DNA of 64,000 nucleotides from Candidatus Omnitrophota bacterium (GTDB lineage Bacteria; Omnitrophota; Gorgyraeia; Zapsychrales; Fredricksoniimonadaceae): NCBI GenBank assembly GCA_044225175.1, contig JBGAJA010000002.1, positions 600,991 to 664,990 of the forward strand, read 5' to 3'. Shown piece by piece: positions 21,148 to 29,457 of this stretch (position 1 is its first letter; each line of letters starts with the position of its first letter). The notes under the pieces were generated by a model. It saw only the letters and a program-made list of their open reading frames with translations, ran no database searches and was not told where the DNA came from. The position numbers and the translations under genes were made by a program.

Positions 21148-21245
21148 CCACCCCCTGGGTGGGGAGGATTAGGGTGGGGTTAAAAAAGCAAGAATTTTCG
21201 TTGATCACCCTCCCCTAGCCCCTTTCCATCAAGGGAGGGGAAGGA
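21148..21245. promoter_or_regulatory. GC-rich cluster of alternating C-tracts and G-tracts in the divergent promoter region between gspE and the Ig/PKD protein gene
   Basis: CCCACCCCC-TGGGTGGGGAGGATTAGGGTGGGG, then 25 nt, then CACCCTCCCCTAGCCCC, then 14 nt, then AGGGAGGGGAAGG. GGGTGGGG occurs twice. The flanks are strongly AT-rich. Confidence 0.3.
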
Positions 21246-21372
21246 TGTTGGTAGAAACCGTTTTCTTAAAATGGGGTTCATGACTGGTTTTTTGGGATAG
21301 AAATGGTAAACTTTATAGTGAATGAAAGAGACTCTGGATTTATACATACACATATAATTTAGGGTTCTAAAA

Positions 21373-24300
21373 ATGAAGACTATTTTTAATGCTTTACTTA
21401 TAGGTATTATCACCCTTAGCGCTCATAGTGCTTTGGCATTAAATAGTGACCTCACTCTTACCTCTTCTTCTAACGGAAAGGTTGTTGCTTCTCCGGCTGG
21501 TCCTTATCTTGTAGGTGATCAAGTTACTCTTACAGCTGTTGCTAATGATGGTTATATGTTTACGGGATGGTCTTCTGATGTGACAAGCAGAGTCAATCCA
21601 ATAACGATCACCATGGACAGCAATAAAACAATCACGGCTAATTTTGAACTTGGAAATCCTATTCAGGTTCACTCATGGTCCAATTCCGGACAATCGACCA
21701 TCCATACCATGCCTCAGTTCAATTATAGTGAGGGGGATCCCAGTTATATGGATACTGTGGTCATTCCTCGCATCAAGGCTCAATTGAATGACGGAAGGCT
21801 GCCTGGGCAGAATATACTTCATATTCAAGGGGAGATGGATGATATTAATTTGCATGGTACCTTGGATGACTTGATCATCACCAGTTCTGCTATTCAAGAC
21901 AGAAAGATAGTATTTCAAAATTTGTTTCATAAGCTTTCTACGGCTGGAGTTGCTATTGATACAGTTGTGATCGATATGGAGCAGTATTTTACTACATTTG
22001 GATTAATGGGTTTTAGGCAGGAAGCTACCTGTTCCACTTTGTCAGATAGAATTCAATTTTATTATGATCATTTCACAGGTGTGCTCAAAGATTCACGAGG
22101 TAGTGATCCGACTCTCTTTTTAGATCCTGCTTTAGTGCAAGATTACCCTGTAGATGCCACTCATCAACCCTACAACTGCACCCCTTGGAAAGGATCAGAT
22201 CCAACGTCTTCTTATTATGCTGCTTTCAATGCCTGGAATAAATGGGCCACTAATGCAGCTAAGGATGCTTATCAAGAGGCTGTGATTGGGCCGTTGCATC
22301 AATATTTTCCACAAGCCAAGGTTTCGCAATTTAATAACACATTTCCTTTTCCATCCTCTATCAATAATCCTGCTGACTGGCCTTTTGCAACACCTATTGG
22401 AGATGTTGCCTCTTCGGATTTATATTTCGTTAATACGGGAGAAAGGTACTCCTCGGGATATCGCAAACTTCAAAAGATAGACCCCTGGAATTGCTTGATT
22501 GATAAGATCAATTTACTCAGAGCTTCATTGAGCGATCAAAGTCCTAATCAGCCTGATGTGATGCCATGGTTTGGGTATCCTGGACTATCTTGGGATTATA
22601 CCGCTGTGAATGAAAAGCTTTTTGATATTATCGTATCCCATGCTGCCCAGATGGGAATTTCTCAATCTTTGTTATGGAACCCTGACTCCGTAGGCCCTTG
22701 GGGAAACCAAGCTGTCAATTCAAATCAACATGCTGCGCAAGTCTTTGCAACCACTCCAGTTAATACTGTTATCAAAAGAGATTGGTCCCCGATTCCTTTT
22801 GATTCAGATTCGATTACAACTGGAAGTGTTACAACAACTTATACAGATTTCTTAATTACTTATAATAATACATTTACATTAACCACAACAAGCACAAGCG
22901 GTGGTCAAATTCAAAGGGATGATGTGACTAATGTCATGAATCCTGACCAAACCAATTATGCTGGCTTTAAATGGGTTAAACTTTCAGCAGTTGCTGATAG
23001 TGGGGAGCAGTTCTACGGATGGATAGGGGATATTGAAAGCACGGATCCAATCGTTAATGTTCCAATGGTGGGTCCTAGAAATATTAAAGCCACCTTTGGT
23101 CCCGTCGCTATTGGGAAGATTTCTAAGGATCAAACGATAGTTCAGGGAGAAAGCGTAACTTTAACCGTATCCGCAGCAGGGGCACCCACCCTTAGTTATC
23201 AATGGAAGAAAGATGGTGCTAATATTGCAGGAGCAGCAAGTAGTTCTTATACGATTAACCCTGCTAATGTCTCAGACACGGGAAGTTACACGGTTGAAGT
23301 TTCCAACACATATGGAACTGTTACTAGTGAGCCAACCGTTTTGACAGTCACTCAAGCACCAATGATTACATATCAACCGATCAATTTGACAACCATCGTT
23401 GGCAATGAAATCACCTTTCATGTTTCTGCGCTCGGAACAGGACCGTTAACTTATCAATGGAAGAAAAATGGAACGGATATTTCTGGTGCAACAAGCGCTG
23501 ACTATACGATTAGTTCTCCTGGTTTGGCAGATGAAGCTAGTTATAGGGTAGTTGTAAGTAATACATTTGGGTCTATTCTAAGCGATGTTGCAACGCTTGC
23601 AGTTCATCAACCTCCAGCTATTAGTGTTCAGCCTGCTAGCGTAACAACTGACGAAGGACAAAGTGCAACTTTGAGTGTGACAGCCTCAGGTGCTGGGACA
23701 TTAGTGTATCAATGGAAGAAAGATGGCATATGTATAAACGGGGCTAATGGTCCAAGCTATACAATCAATGCTCCAGTTTCTTCGGATGCGGGAGTATATA
23801 GTGTGGTTGTGGCTAACGCATATGCTTTGATTCAAAGCAATTCTGCTGTGCTAGTTGTCAACAATAGACTTCCAGTAATTACAACTCAGCCTGCCAGTTT
23901 AACAGTCAATGAAAAAGATCAGGCGATATTTAGCGTCGTGGTTATAGGCACAGCTCCTTTATATTATCAGTGGATGAAAGATGGTGTTGCATTGCCAGGG
24001 AAAGTGGATGATTCATTGACTATTAATTTAGCCAAAGGAACAGATGAGGGCAGTTATACCGTGGAAGTGAGTAATATGGCAGGAAATGTGACGAGTGACC
24101 CTGCAATTCTAACCGTTCACCGATCTCCTAGTATATTGAGTCAGCCGGGAAGTTTGACAATTGATGAAGGTCAACCAGCTATATTTAGTGTCACCGCTGC
24201 AGGATCACCAACTTTGACGTATCAATGGATGAAAGATGGTGCTGCTATTGTAGGTGCAACTAATGCCTTTTTTACAATCGATTCTACAACAGCGAATCTA

Positions 24301-26223
24301 GCGGGAAATTATACAGTCATCATCAGCAATTCCTTTGGAACAGTTACTAGTACATCTGCTACATTGACTGTGAATACTTCTTCTCAAAAAATAGGTAATC
24401 AACCTCCTGTTGTCAGTGCCGGATTGGACCAAACGATTGTGACACCCGATTCCACAACACTTTCTGGAACCGTTTCAGATGATGGTTTGCCTAATCCTCC
24501 TAAATCTATCACAACGATGTGGAATGTAGTCACGGCTCCAGGAACGGTGACCTTTGGTGATCCACATTCTTTAATCACTAAAGTATCTTTCTCTGGAGTT
24601 GGAACATATGTGCTTAGTTTGACAGCTAATGACGGGTCTTTAACAAGTGTGAGTAAAGTCAGTATTAATGTTGTCTATCCTTTGGGAGGAGGCGGGGGTG
24701 GGAGCAATCTTTACACTTTAATGATTAATGCTTCCAATGGAAGAGTGACCAGAAATCCTAATCAAGCCAGCTATACTACGGCGACTCAAGTCACATTAAC
24801 TGCAACGGCCAATGATGGGTATCAATTTGTAGGATGGTCGGGAGATGCTCAAGGAAGCAGCAATCCTTTAAAGATCACTATGGATAATAACAAAACGGTG
24901 ACTGCTTTATTTAAGGCAACGAATCAACGCCAAAGTAATCAACCACCTTCGGTTAGTGCCGGGACAGATCAAATTATAGACTTAAAATCGACTGCACTTT
25001 TATTAGGGACAGTCACAGACGATGGTTTACCTATTCCTCCAGCCTCAATGAATACCACTTGGAGTGTAATTTCAGGGGCAGGAGCTGTAAACTTTGCCAA
25101 TATTAATGCTCCTAATACCACAGCTACATTTTCATTACCTGGACGTTATGTCTTGCAATTGACTGCTAATGATGGAGCCTTGCAAGCCAGTTCTACGGTC
25201 AGTATTACGGTCAGTGCGGTTGCTCTTTACAGTCTTAAAATTAATGCAGGAAAAGGAAGGGTTTATAGAACTCCAGATTCTTCTAAATATACTGCGGGGA
25301 CTCCCGTGACATTAATAGCCAGTGCGCCACCGGGGTATCGTTTTAGTTCTTGGAGTGGAGATATTACGGGAAACACAGATACCATTACAATTACGATGGA
25401 TTCAAATAAAACAATCTTAGCCAATTTTTCCTCATCCAATGAGGCTCCTGTGGTGATTGCAAATGTTGATCATAATGTTGTGAATCTGCCAGATCCTATA
25501 CAATTAAAAGGTGAGGTTTCTGATGACGGATTACCTTCTAAAAATCTTAGAGCAACCTGGAGTAAAGTCTCAGGACCTGGCAATGTAAGGTTTGCTGATC
25601 CTTCCTCGGAGAATACAACTGCAACATTCTCTAAAGCTGGGGTATATGTCTTACAGTTAAGTGCTAATGATGGACTTTTGGAAGCTAAGGCTGCGGTGAG
25701 CGTTACAGTTCTTTCAATGGCTAAATACTCTATAACTACCCAAGCAACTCACGGCAAAGTCACTAAAAGCTCTGAGGCTGAAAGTTATAGTGAAGACAGC
25801 CGGGTCACCTTAACAGCTGTCCCTGAAAATGGTTACTTGTTTAGTTCGTGGAGTGGAGATTTGAAAGGAAATTCTAATCCTGTGACGATTGCCCTTAAGA
25901 GCAATATGAACATTATAGCTAATTTTGTGGAGGATAATCAGCCTCCATGGATCAATGCTGGTCCTAATCAAACCATTGCTCTTTCAGAAAGAGTCATCTT
26001 ACGTGGATCCACGACGGAGAATGAGGGGGCCCAGAAGAACCTAAAGGTCATTTGGTGCAAATTATCCGGCCCTGGGATTGTAACGTACGCTAATGCAAAT
26101 TCTCTAATTACAACCGCATCTTTCTCTAAAGAAGGCAAATATGTCCTTCTTATGACCGCAATTAACCCCAAAGGTCTTTCCACTAATTCCAAAGTAACCA
26201 TCACAGTCAAACCAAGCAAATAA
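21373..26223 (+). CDS. Large secreted multidomain protein (1616 aa): a signal peptide, an InlB-B-repeat-like domain, an uncharacterised N-terminal region of about 400 aa, six tandem Ig (I-set-like) domains, then alternating PKD and B-repeat domains
   Basis: Signal peptide MKTIFNALLIGIITLSAHSALA. Ig repeats carry the recurring (Y/L)(Q/E)W(K/M)KDG...Y.V.VSN..G motif. PKD units read NQPP.VSAG.DQ....L.GTV.DDGLP.......W.......V.F....TA.F...G.Y.L.LTANDG. B-repeat units read GYQFVGWSGD...NP..ITMDNNKT..A.F. A poly-Gly linker GGGGGGS is present. Confidence 0.8.
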   Translation: MKTIFNALLIGIITLSAHSALALNSDLTLTSSSNGKVVASPAGPYLVGDQVTLTAVANDGYMFTGWSSDVTSRVNPITITMDSNKTITANFELGNPIQVHSWSNSGQSTIHTMPQFNYSEGDPSYMDTVVIPRIKAQLNDGRLPGQNILHIQGEMDDINLHGTLDDLIITSSAIQDRKIVFQNLFHKLSTAGVAIDTVVIDMEQYFTTFGLMGFRQEATCSTLSDRIQFYYDHFTGVLKDSRGSDPTLFLDPALVQDYPVDATHQPYNCTPWKGSDPTSSYYAAFNAWNKWATNAAKDAYQEAVIGPLHQYFPQAKVSQFNNTFPFPSSINNPADWPFATPIGDVASSDLYFVNTGERYSSGYRKLQKIDPWNCLIDKINLLRASLSDQSPNQPDVMPWFGYPGLSWDYTAVNEKLFDIIVSHAAQMGISQSLLWNPDSVGPWGNQAVNSNQHAAQVFATTPVNTVIKRDWSPIPFDSDSITTGSVTTTYTDFLITYNNTFTLTTTSTSGGQIQRDDVTNVMNPDQTNYAGFKWVKLSAVADSGEQFYGWIGDIESTDPIVNVPMVGPRNIKATFGPVAIGKISKDQTIVQGESVTLTVSAAGAPTLSYQWKKDGANIAGAASSSYTINPANVSDTGSYTVEVSNTYGTVTSEPTVLTVTQAPMITYQPINLTTIVGNEITFHVSALGTGPLTYQWKKNGTDISGATSADYTISSPGLADEASYRVVVSNTFGSILSDVATLAVHQPPAISVQPASVTTDEGQSATLSVTASGAGTLVYQWKKDGICINGANGPSYTINAPVSSDAGVYSVVVANAYALIQSNSAVLVVNNRLPVITTQPASLTVNEKDQAIFSVVVIGTAPLYYQWMKDGVALPGKVDDSLTINLAKGTDEGSYTVEVSNMAGNVTSDPAILTVHRSPSILSQPGSLTIDEGQPAIFSVTAAGSPTLTYQWMKDGAAIVGATNAFFTIDSTTANLAGNYTVIISNSFGTVTSTSATLTVNTSSQKIGNQPPVVSAGLDQTIVTPDSTTLSGTVSDDGLPNPPKSITTMWNVVTAPGTVTFGDPHSLITKVSFSGVGTYVLSLTANDGSLTSVSKVSINVVYPLGGGGGGSNLYTLMINASNGRVTRNPNQASYTTATQVTLTATANDGYQFVGWSGDAQGSSNPLKITMDNNKTVTALFKATNQRQSNQPPSVSAGTDQIIDLKSTALLLGTVTDDGLPIPPASMNTTWSVISGAGAVNFANINAPNTTATFSLPGRYVLQLTANDGALQASSTVSITVSAVALYSLKINAGKGRVYRTPDSSKYTAGTPVTLIASAPPGYRFSSWSGDITGNTDTITITMDSNKTILANFSSSNEAPVVIANVDHNVVNLPDPIQLKGEVSDDGLPSKNLRATWSKVSGPGNVRFADPSSENTTATFSKAGVYVLQLSANDGLLEAKAAVSVTVLSMAKYSITTQATHGKVTKSSEAESYSEDSRVTLTAVPENGYLFSSWSGDLKGNSNPVTIALKSNMNIIANFVEDNQPPWINAGPNQTIALSERVILRGSTTENEGAQKNLKVIWCKLSGPGIVTYANANSLITTASFSKEGKYVLLMTAINPKGLSTNSKVTITVKPSK

Positions 26224-26227
26224 ATGT

Positions 26228-26253
26228 CAAAAAGGTGTCAGACACCTTTTTGA
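26228..26253 (+). terminator. Rho-independent terminator after the 1616-aa gene
   Basis: AAGGTGTC, loop AGA, GACACCTT, then TTTTGAGTTTATTTTTG. Confidence 0.6.
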
Positions 26254-26625
26254 GTTTATTTTTGTTTTAGTTTGTAAGTCTAGGGAAATTATGTAGTTAG
26301 AGCTAGCTCGGGGATTGGCAATATCTTTAGGAGGCGTATATACTGTAAGTAGATATTCAGCTCTTTTAAAAAAGCAAATCGAAATGGCAAACCCAGGGAA
26401 ACCTGGGGGCCTCTTGCTTCGCTTAAGTGCTTTCGCCTTAAGCTTCGCAGGAGTCTCTCCGAAGCTCAAACATGTAAATATTTGAGCGAAGGAGGAGCAA
26501 AGCCGTGGGTCCTTCAGAGGGACTGCCTGGTTACCGAAAGTGTTGCTGTGTTGGTCTCTTATTAATCAGGATTGATGGTCAGGCATTTTCTCTGAGGGGC
26601 CCTTTTTTTAACGAGGGAGAGAACA

Positions 26626-28152
26626 ATGCGCAGAATCGTAACCCCCATCATTGTTTTGAGCCTGATTTTTACCCAGATTTCTGTTTTAGAAGCTCAAATG
26701 CCAATAGGCTATAGTGTTGATCCACATCTATTAAACTGGATGAAATCCAATGTTAGTCCAGTGACACAACTTCCTTATAGTTTTTATATTCCCGAACAAG
26801 AAAAACATGCTGTTTATCAAACAATGAATTTGGATGGCCCTATCAATGGGGCCATTGAGCGTACGATCACCTCTGAAGGACTCGATATCTACGACGGGGC
26901 GGTCTATCAAATCGTTTTAAGCATGCTTGGGGGGCAAGATAACCTCACTAAAGCTGCCATTCCATTAAACTATTACTGGGAAGGTTCTCTAGGGGATACG
27001 TCAAGTGTCCGCTCCGGATATCCTATTAATCTTTTTGTCTATGATTCTTTAAATCCCCAAACAGTAAGCTCAGATAATCAACGTTTAGGACAAAGGGGCT
27101 TTATCTTTCGCATTATCAATGCGAATGGAAATTTTCTTTTAAGCGATCCTATGAACGGACTCACCAGCCTTTCAGGCTTTCCGGAACAAGATCGCCTCCA
27201 TTGGGTTGATTGGAAACCTGTAGCAGGAGAAAACGCCTGGGTCGTCATTGCCGCCATGCAACTCTACAAACAAAAGTATTCTAAGCCATCGGAACCTCGC
27301 AGGTTCCAGGCAGCAGGTTCCGCTAGTGTGGAGCTTAAGCTTTCAGAAGAGTTGGCTCGGGCGGCCATGATTTTGCAATCTTCCATTGGAGGGATCCGTA
27401 TGGCTCCTATTGGCACTCACCGCACGCTAGTTGAGGGCGAACAGGAATTCTTCACCCCTCAAAATTGGTGGTATCGTCATGTCTCGACGGAGAATAACAT
27501 ATCATGGTATGCAGCTTTTCGTATGCTTTATGAAGTGACTGGAAAAGAGGTTTACCAAAAGGCCATGTTAAACATTGAACGTTATTTGCATTTTGTTTGG
27601 GACAGCAAAGAACATATGTTTCACCAAGGAGCTTACGAAATAGGGGGTATATGGATGCCTAGTCGTGAGCATTTCGCCCTGGATGTTCAAACATGGGCCA
27701 TTGCTTGCCTTGGACCACAGGTCATTGATGCGTGGTTTGGGGAAGGTGAGTCTTATAAGATTTGGCAGAGTGCTAAACAACACTCGGGTGTTCTTGATGA
27801 AAAAGGCAATGTCATTGGCGTGGGGTATTCAGATGAACATGATCGTATTTCTGTGGAATGGTCCGCTGGAGCCATGATTACGCTTCAAGAGATGGGGGCC
27901 TATTACATGTCAGCAAGGCCTTCCTGGTCTCAAGAAGTCCTTTCTGAGAAAGTTTCTATGCGAAGAAATATGGAAAGCCTGCACTACAAGATTTCAGATG
28001 ACCTTTCCGCTTATAGTTATTCCTCCAAACGCGGCTGGATCCCCTTCGGCTGGAACTCCCACGACCCCCAAGTCCTTAGCACAGCCTCCAGCGGCTGGAT
28101 GATGTTTGTCGATGCTGGGGTTAATCCGTTTAGATTTATTAACAATAATTAG
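26626..28152 (+). CDS. Secreted hypothetical protein (508 aa); a possible alpha/alpha-toroid glycoside-hydrolase-like fold
   Basis: Signal peptide MRRIVTPIIVLSLIFTQISVLEAQ. Globular, rich in W and Y. No catalytic motif recognised with confidence. A Shine-Dalgarno-like GAGGGAGAG lies upstream. Confidence 0.55.
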   Translation: MRRIVTPIIVLSLIFTQISVLEAQMPIGYSVDPHLLNWMKSNVSPVTQLPYSFYIPEQEKHAVYQTMNLDGPINGAIERTITSEGLDIYDGAVYQIVLSMLGGQDNLTKAAIPLNYYWEGSLGDTSSVRSGYPINLFVYDSLNPQTVSSDNQRLGQRGFIFRIINANGNFLLSDPMNGLTSLSGFPEQDRLHWVDWKPVAGENAWVVIAAMQLYKQKYSKPSEPRRFQAAGSASVELKLSEELARAAMILQSSIGGIRMAPIGTHRTLVEGEQEFFTPQNWWYRHVSTENNISWYAAFRMLYEVTGKEVYQKAMLNIERYLHFVWDSKEHMFHQGAYEIGGIWMPSREHFALDVQTWAIACLGPQVIDAWFGEGESYKIWQSAKQHSGVLDEKGNVIGVGYSDEHDRISVEWSAGAMITLQEMGAYYMSARPSWSQEVLSEKVSMRRNMESLHYKISDDLSAYSYSSKRGWIPFGWNSHDPQVLSTASSGWMMFVDAGVNPFRFINNN

Positions 28153-28198
28153 CTGTTTTTGTTCTCCACTTATGCTACACTTTAGGTGGAGGTAAATT

Positions 28199-28426
28199 AT
28201 GGCAACCAAACATCCTAGATTAAATGTAGTTCTGGAACCTGTTTTAATGAAAGGTGTTGAGCATCTAGCTAAGTCTCAGGGATTATCTTTATCAACGGTA
28301 GCTCGTGATTTGATCAAAGAAGCTTTGGAAACCTATGAAGATAGTTGTTGGGATAAAAAAGCTGCTCAACGTCTAAAGAACTATAGCCGTTCCAAGTCTT
28401 TAGCTCATCAACAGGTGTGGGGTTAA
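28199..28426 (+). CDS. Ribbon-helix-helix (CopG/ParD-type) antitoxin
   Basis: 75 aa. RLNVVLEPVLMKGVEHLAKSQGLSLSTVARDLIKEAL is the RHH beta-alpha-alpha pattern. Its stop overlaps the toxin ATG as TAATG. Confidence 0.7.
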   Translation: MATKHPRLNVVLEPVLMKGVEHLAKSQGLSLSTVARDLIKEALETYEDSCWDKKAAQRLKNYSRSKSLAHQQVWG

Positions 28427-28701
28427 TGACTTCTTACAAAGTTCATTACCATTCCCTGATTACTAAAGACATAGCTGGTATTCCTAATAATATGCGTAGT
28501 CGCATCCGTTTGGCTATTGAAGAACGTTTGCAAATAGATCCAATTAATTATGGATTACCTTTACGAAAAAGCTTACACGGTTTTTATAAAATGAGAGTAG
28601 GAGATTATAGAGTAATTTATCAAGTGGTTAAAGATGACATCGATATTTTGATTATAGGACATCGTAAAGATGTATACCCAAAATTATTAAAAAGGCTTTA
28701 A
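28426..28701 (+). CDS. RelE/ParE-family type II toxin
   Basis: KVHYHSLITKDIAGIP...YKMRVGDYRVIYQVVKDDIDILIIGHRKDVY matches the RelE/ParE consensus. The ORF track starts at the GTG at 28417, but the ATG at 28426 overlaps the antitoxin stop. Confidence 0.75.
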   Translation: MTSYKVHYHSLITKDIAGIPNNMRSRIRLAIEERLQIDPINYGLPLRKSLHGFYKMRVGDYRVIYQVVKDDIDILIIGHRKDVYPKLLKRL

Positions 28702-29387
28702 TGAAAATCTACAAAGAATCCATGAAACCAAAAATCATTTTAGTTGTAACCGACCGAGAAAAGAATGCCCAGATCAAGGCTTTGAAGGTTGATGCTTTGG
28801 AGATTCGGGTGGATTTGTTTCGAAGAAGAGATTTGAAATATATTCAAGAAAAGATTAAACAGCGACGAGAAACAAGGCTGCCTTTGCTTTTAACTGTCCG
28901 TAATCAGAAAAAAGAGGGGGCAAGTGCCGATTGGTCCAATGAAGAGAAGCATAACATTTTGCAAATGGCTTTACCTATGGTTGATATGGTTGATATTGAA
29001 CTAAGTTCACCGCTTCTTAAAGAAACATTATCATACGCTCGTAAGTTAAAGAAGAAAACCATTGTTTCCATCCATGATTTTCATCACACCCCGTTACATT
29101 TAGAAAATATTCTTAAAAAAGCGCTCAGTACCAGAGCTGATATCATCAAGATCTCTGCTAAAGCCAATTCTATGGATGATGTCTTTCGTATGATTGAATT
29201 CACTCGCAAAAATCATTCCAAGCACTCTATGATTACCCTGTCTATGGGCTCTCTAGGCAAAATTTCGCGCTTAGTTTTACCTGCCGCAGGAAGTTTATAT
29301 ACCTATAGTTTCCTCAATCAATCCACCGCTCCTGGGCAAATTGATATTAAGACCCTCCAATCACACATAAGTCTATACTATTCATAA
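28701..29387 (+). CDS. aroD: 3-dehydroquinate dehydratase, type I (AroD)
   Basis: Blocks align with E. coli AroD: PKIILVV, DALEIRVDLF, PLLLTVRNQKKEGA, VDMVDIELS, IVSIHDFHHTP, ADIIKISAKA (Schiff-base Lys), ITLSMGSLGKISRL, TAPGQIDIKTL. The ATG overlaps the toxin stop as TAATG. Confidence 0.85.
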   Translation: MKIYKESMKPKIILVVTDREKNAQIKALKVDALEIRVDLFRRRDLKYIQEKIKQRRETRLPLLLTVRNQKKEGASADWSNEEKHNILQMALPMVDMVDIELSSPLLKETLSYARKLKKKTIVSIHDFHHTPLHLENILKKALSTRADIIKISAKANSMDDVFRMIEFTRKNHSKHSMITLSMGSLGKISRLVLPAAGSLYTYSFLNQSTAPGQIDIKTLQSHISLYYS

Positions 29388-29457
29388 GGTTATAAAATTT
29401 TCTTTTTTTATCACCCTAAGTGGCATTATATAAATATACCAGGTATACTTTTTTGAC

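Noticed and set aside
21180-21413. 77-aa minus-strand ORF across the gspE / exoprotein intergenic region
   Set aside because: It spans the G/C-tract regulatory island and the start of the 1616-aa gene. Its composition is driven by the GC tracts (poly-Pro/Gly codons). The region is more plausibly promoter.
24680-24710. A GGAGGAGGCGGGGGTGGGAGC run that looks like a G-rich regulatory element
   Set aside because: It is in frame within the 1616-aa ORF and encodes a GGGGGGS inter-domain linker.
26227-26714. ORFs of 80 aa (minus) and 69 aa (plus) in the long intergenic region upstream of the 26626 gene
   Set aside because: They overlap hairpin-rich, GC-shifted sequence and the start of the downstream gene in the wrong frame. 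They are better explained as structured non-coding RNA.
29388-29457. A TTGACA immediately upstream of the giant-gene ATG, considered as a promoter -35
   Set aside because: It abuts the start codon (CTTTTTTGACATG), so it cannot be a -35 for this gene. No convincing -10 lies at the correct spacing.
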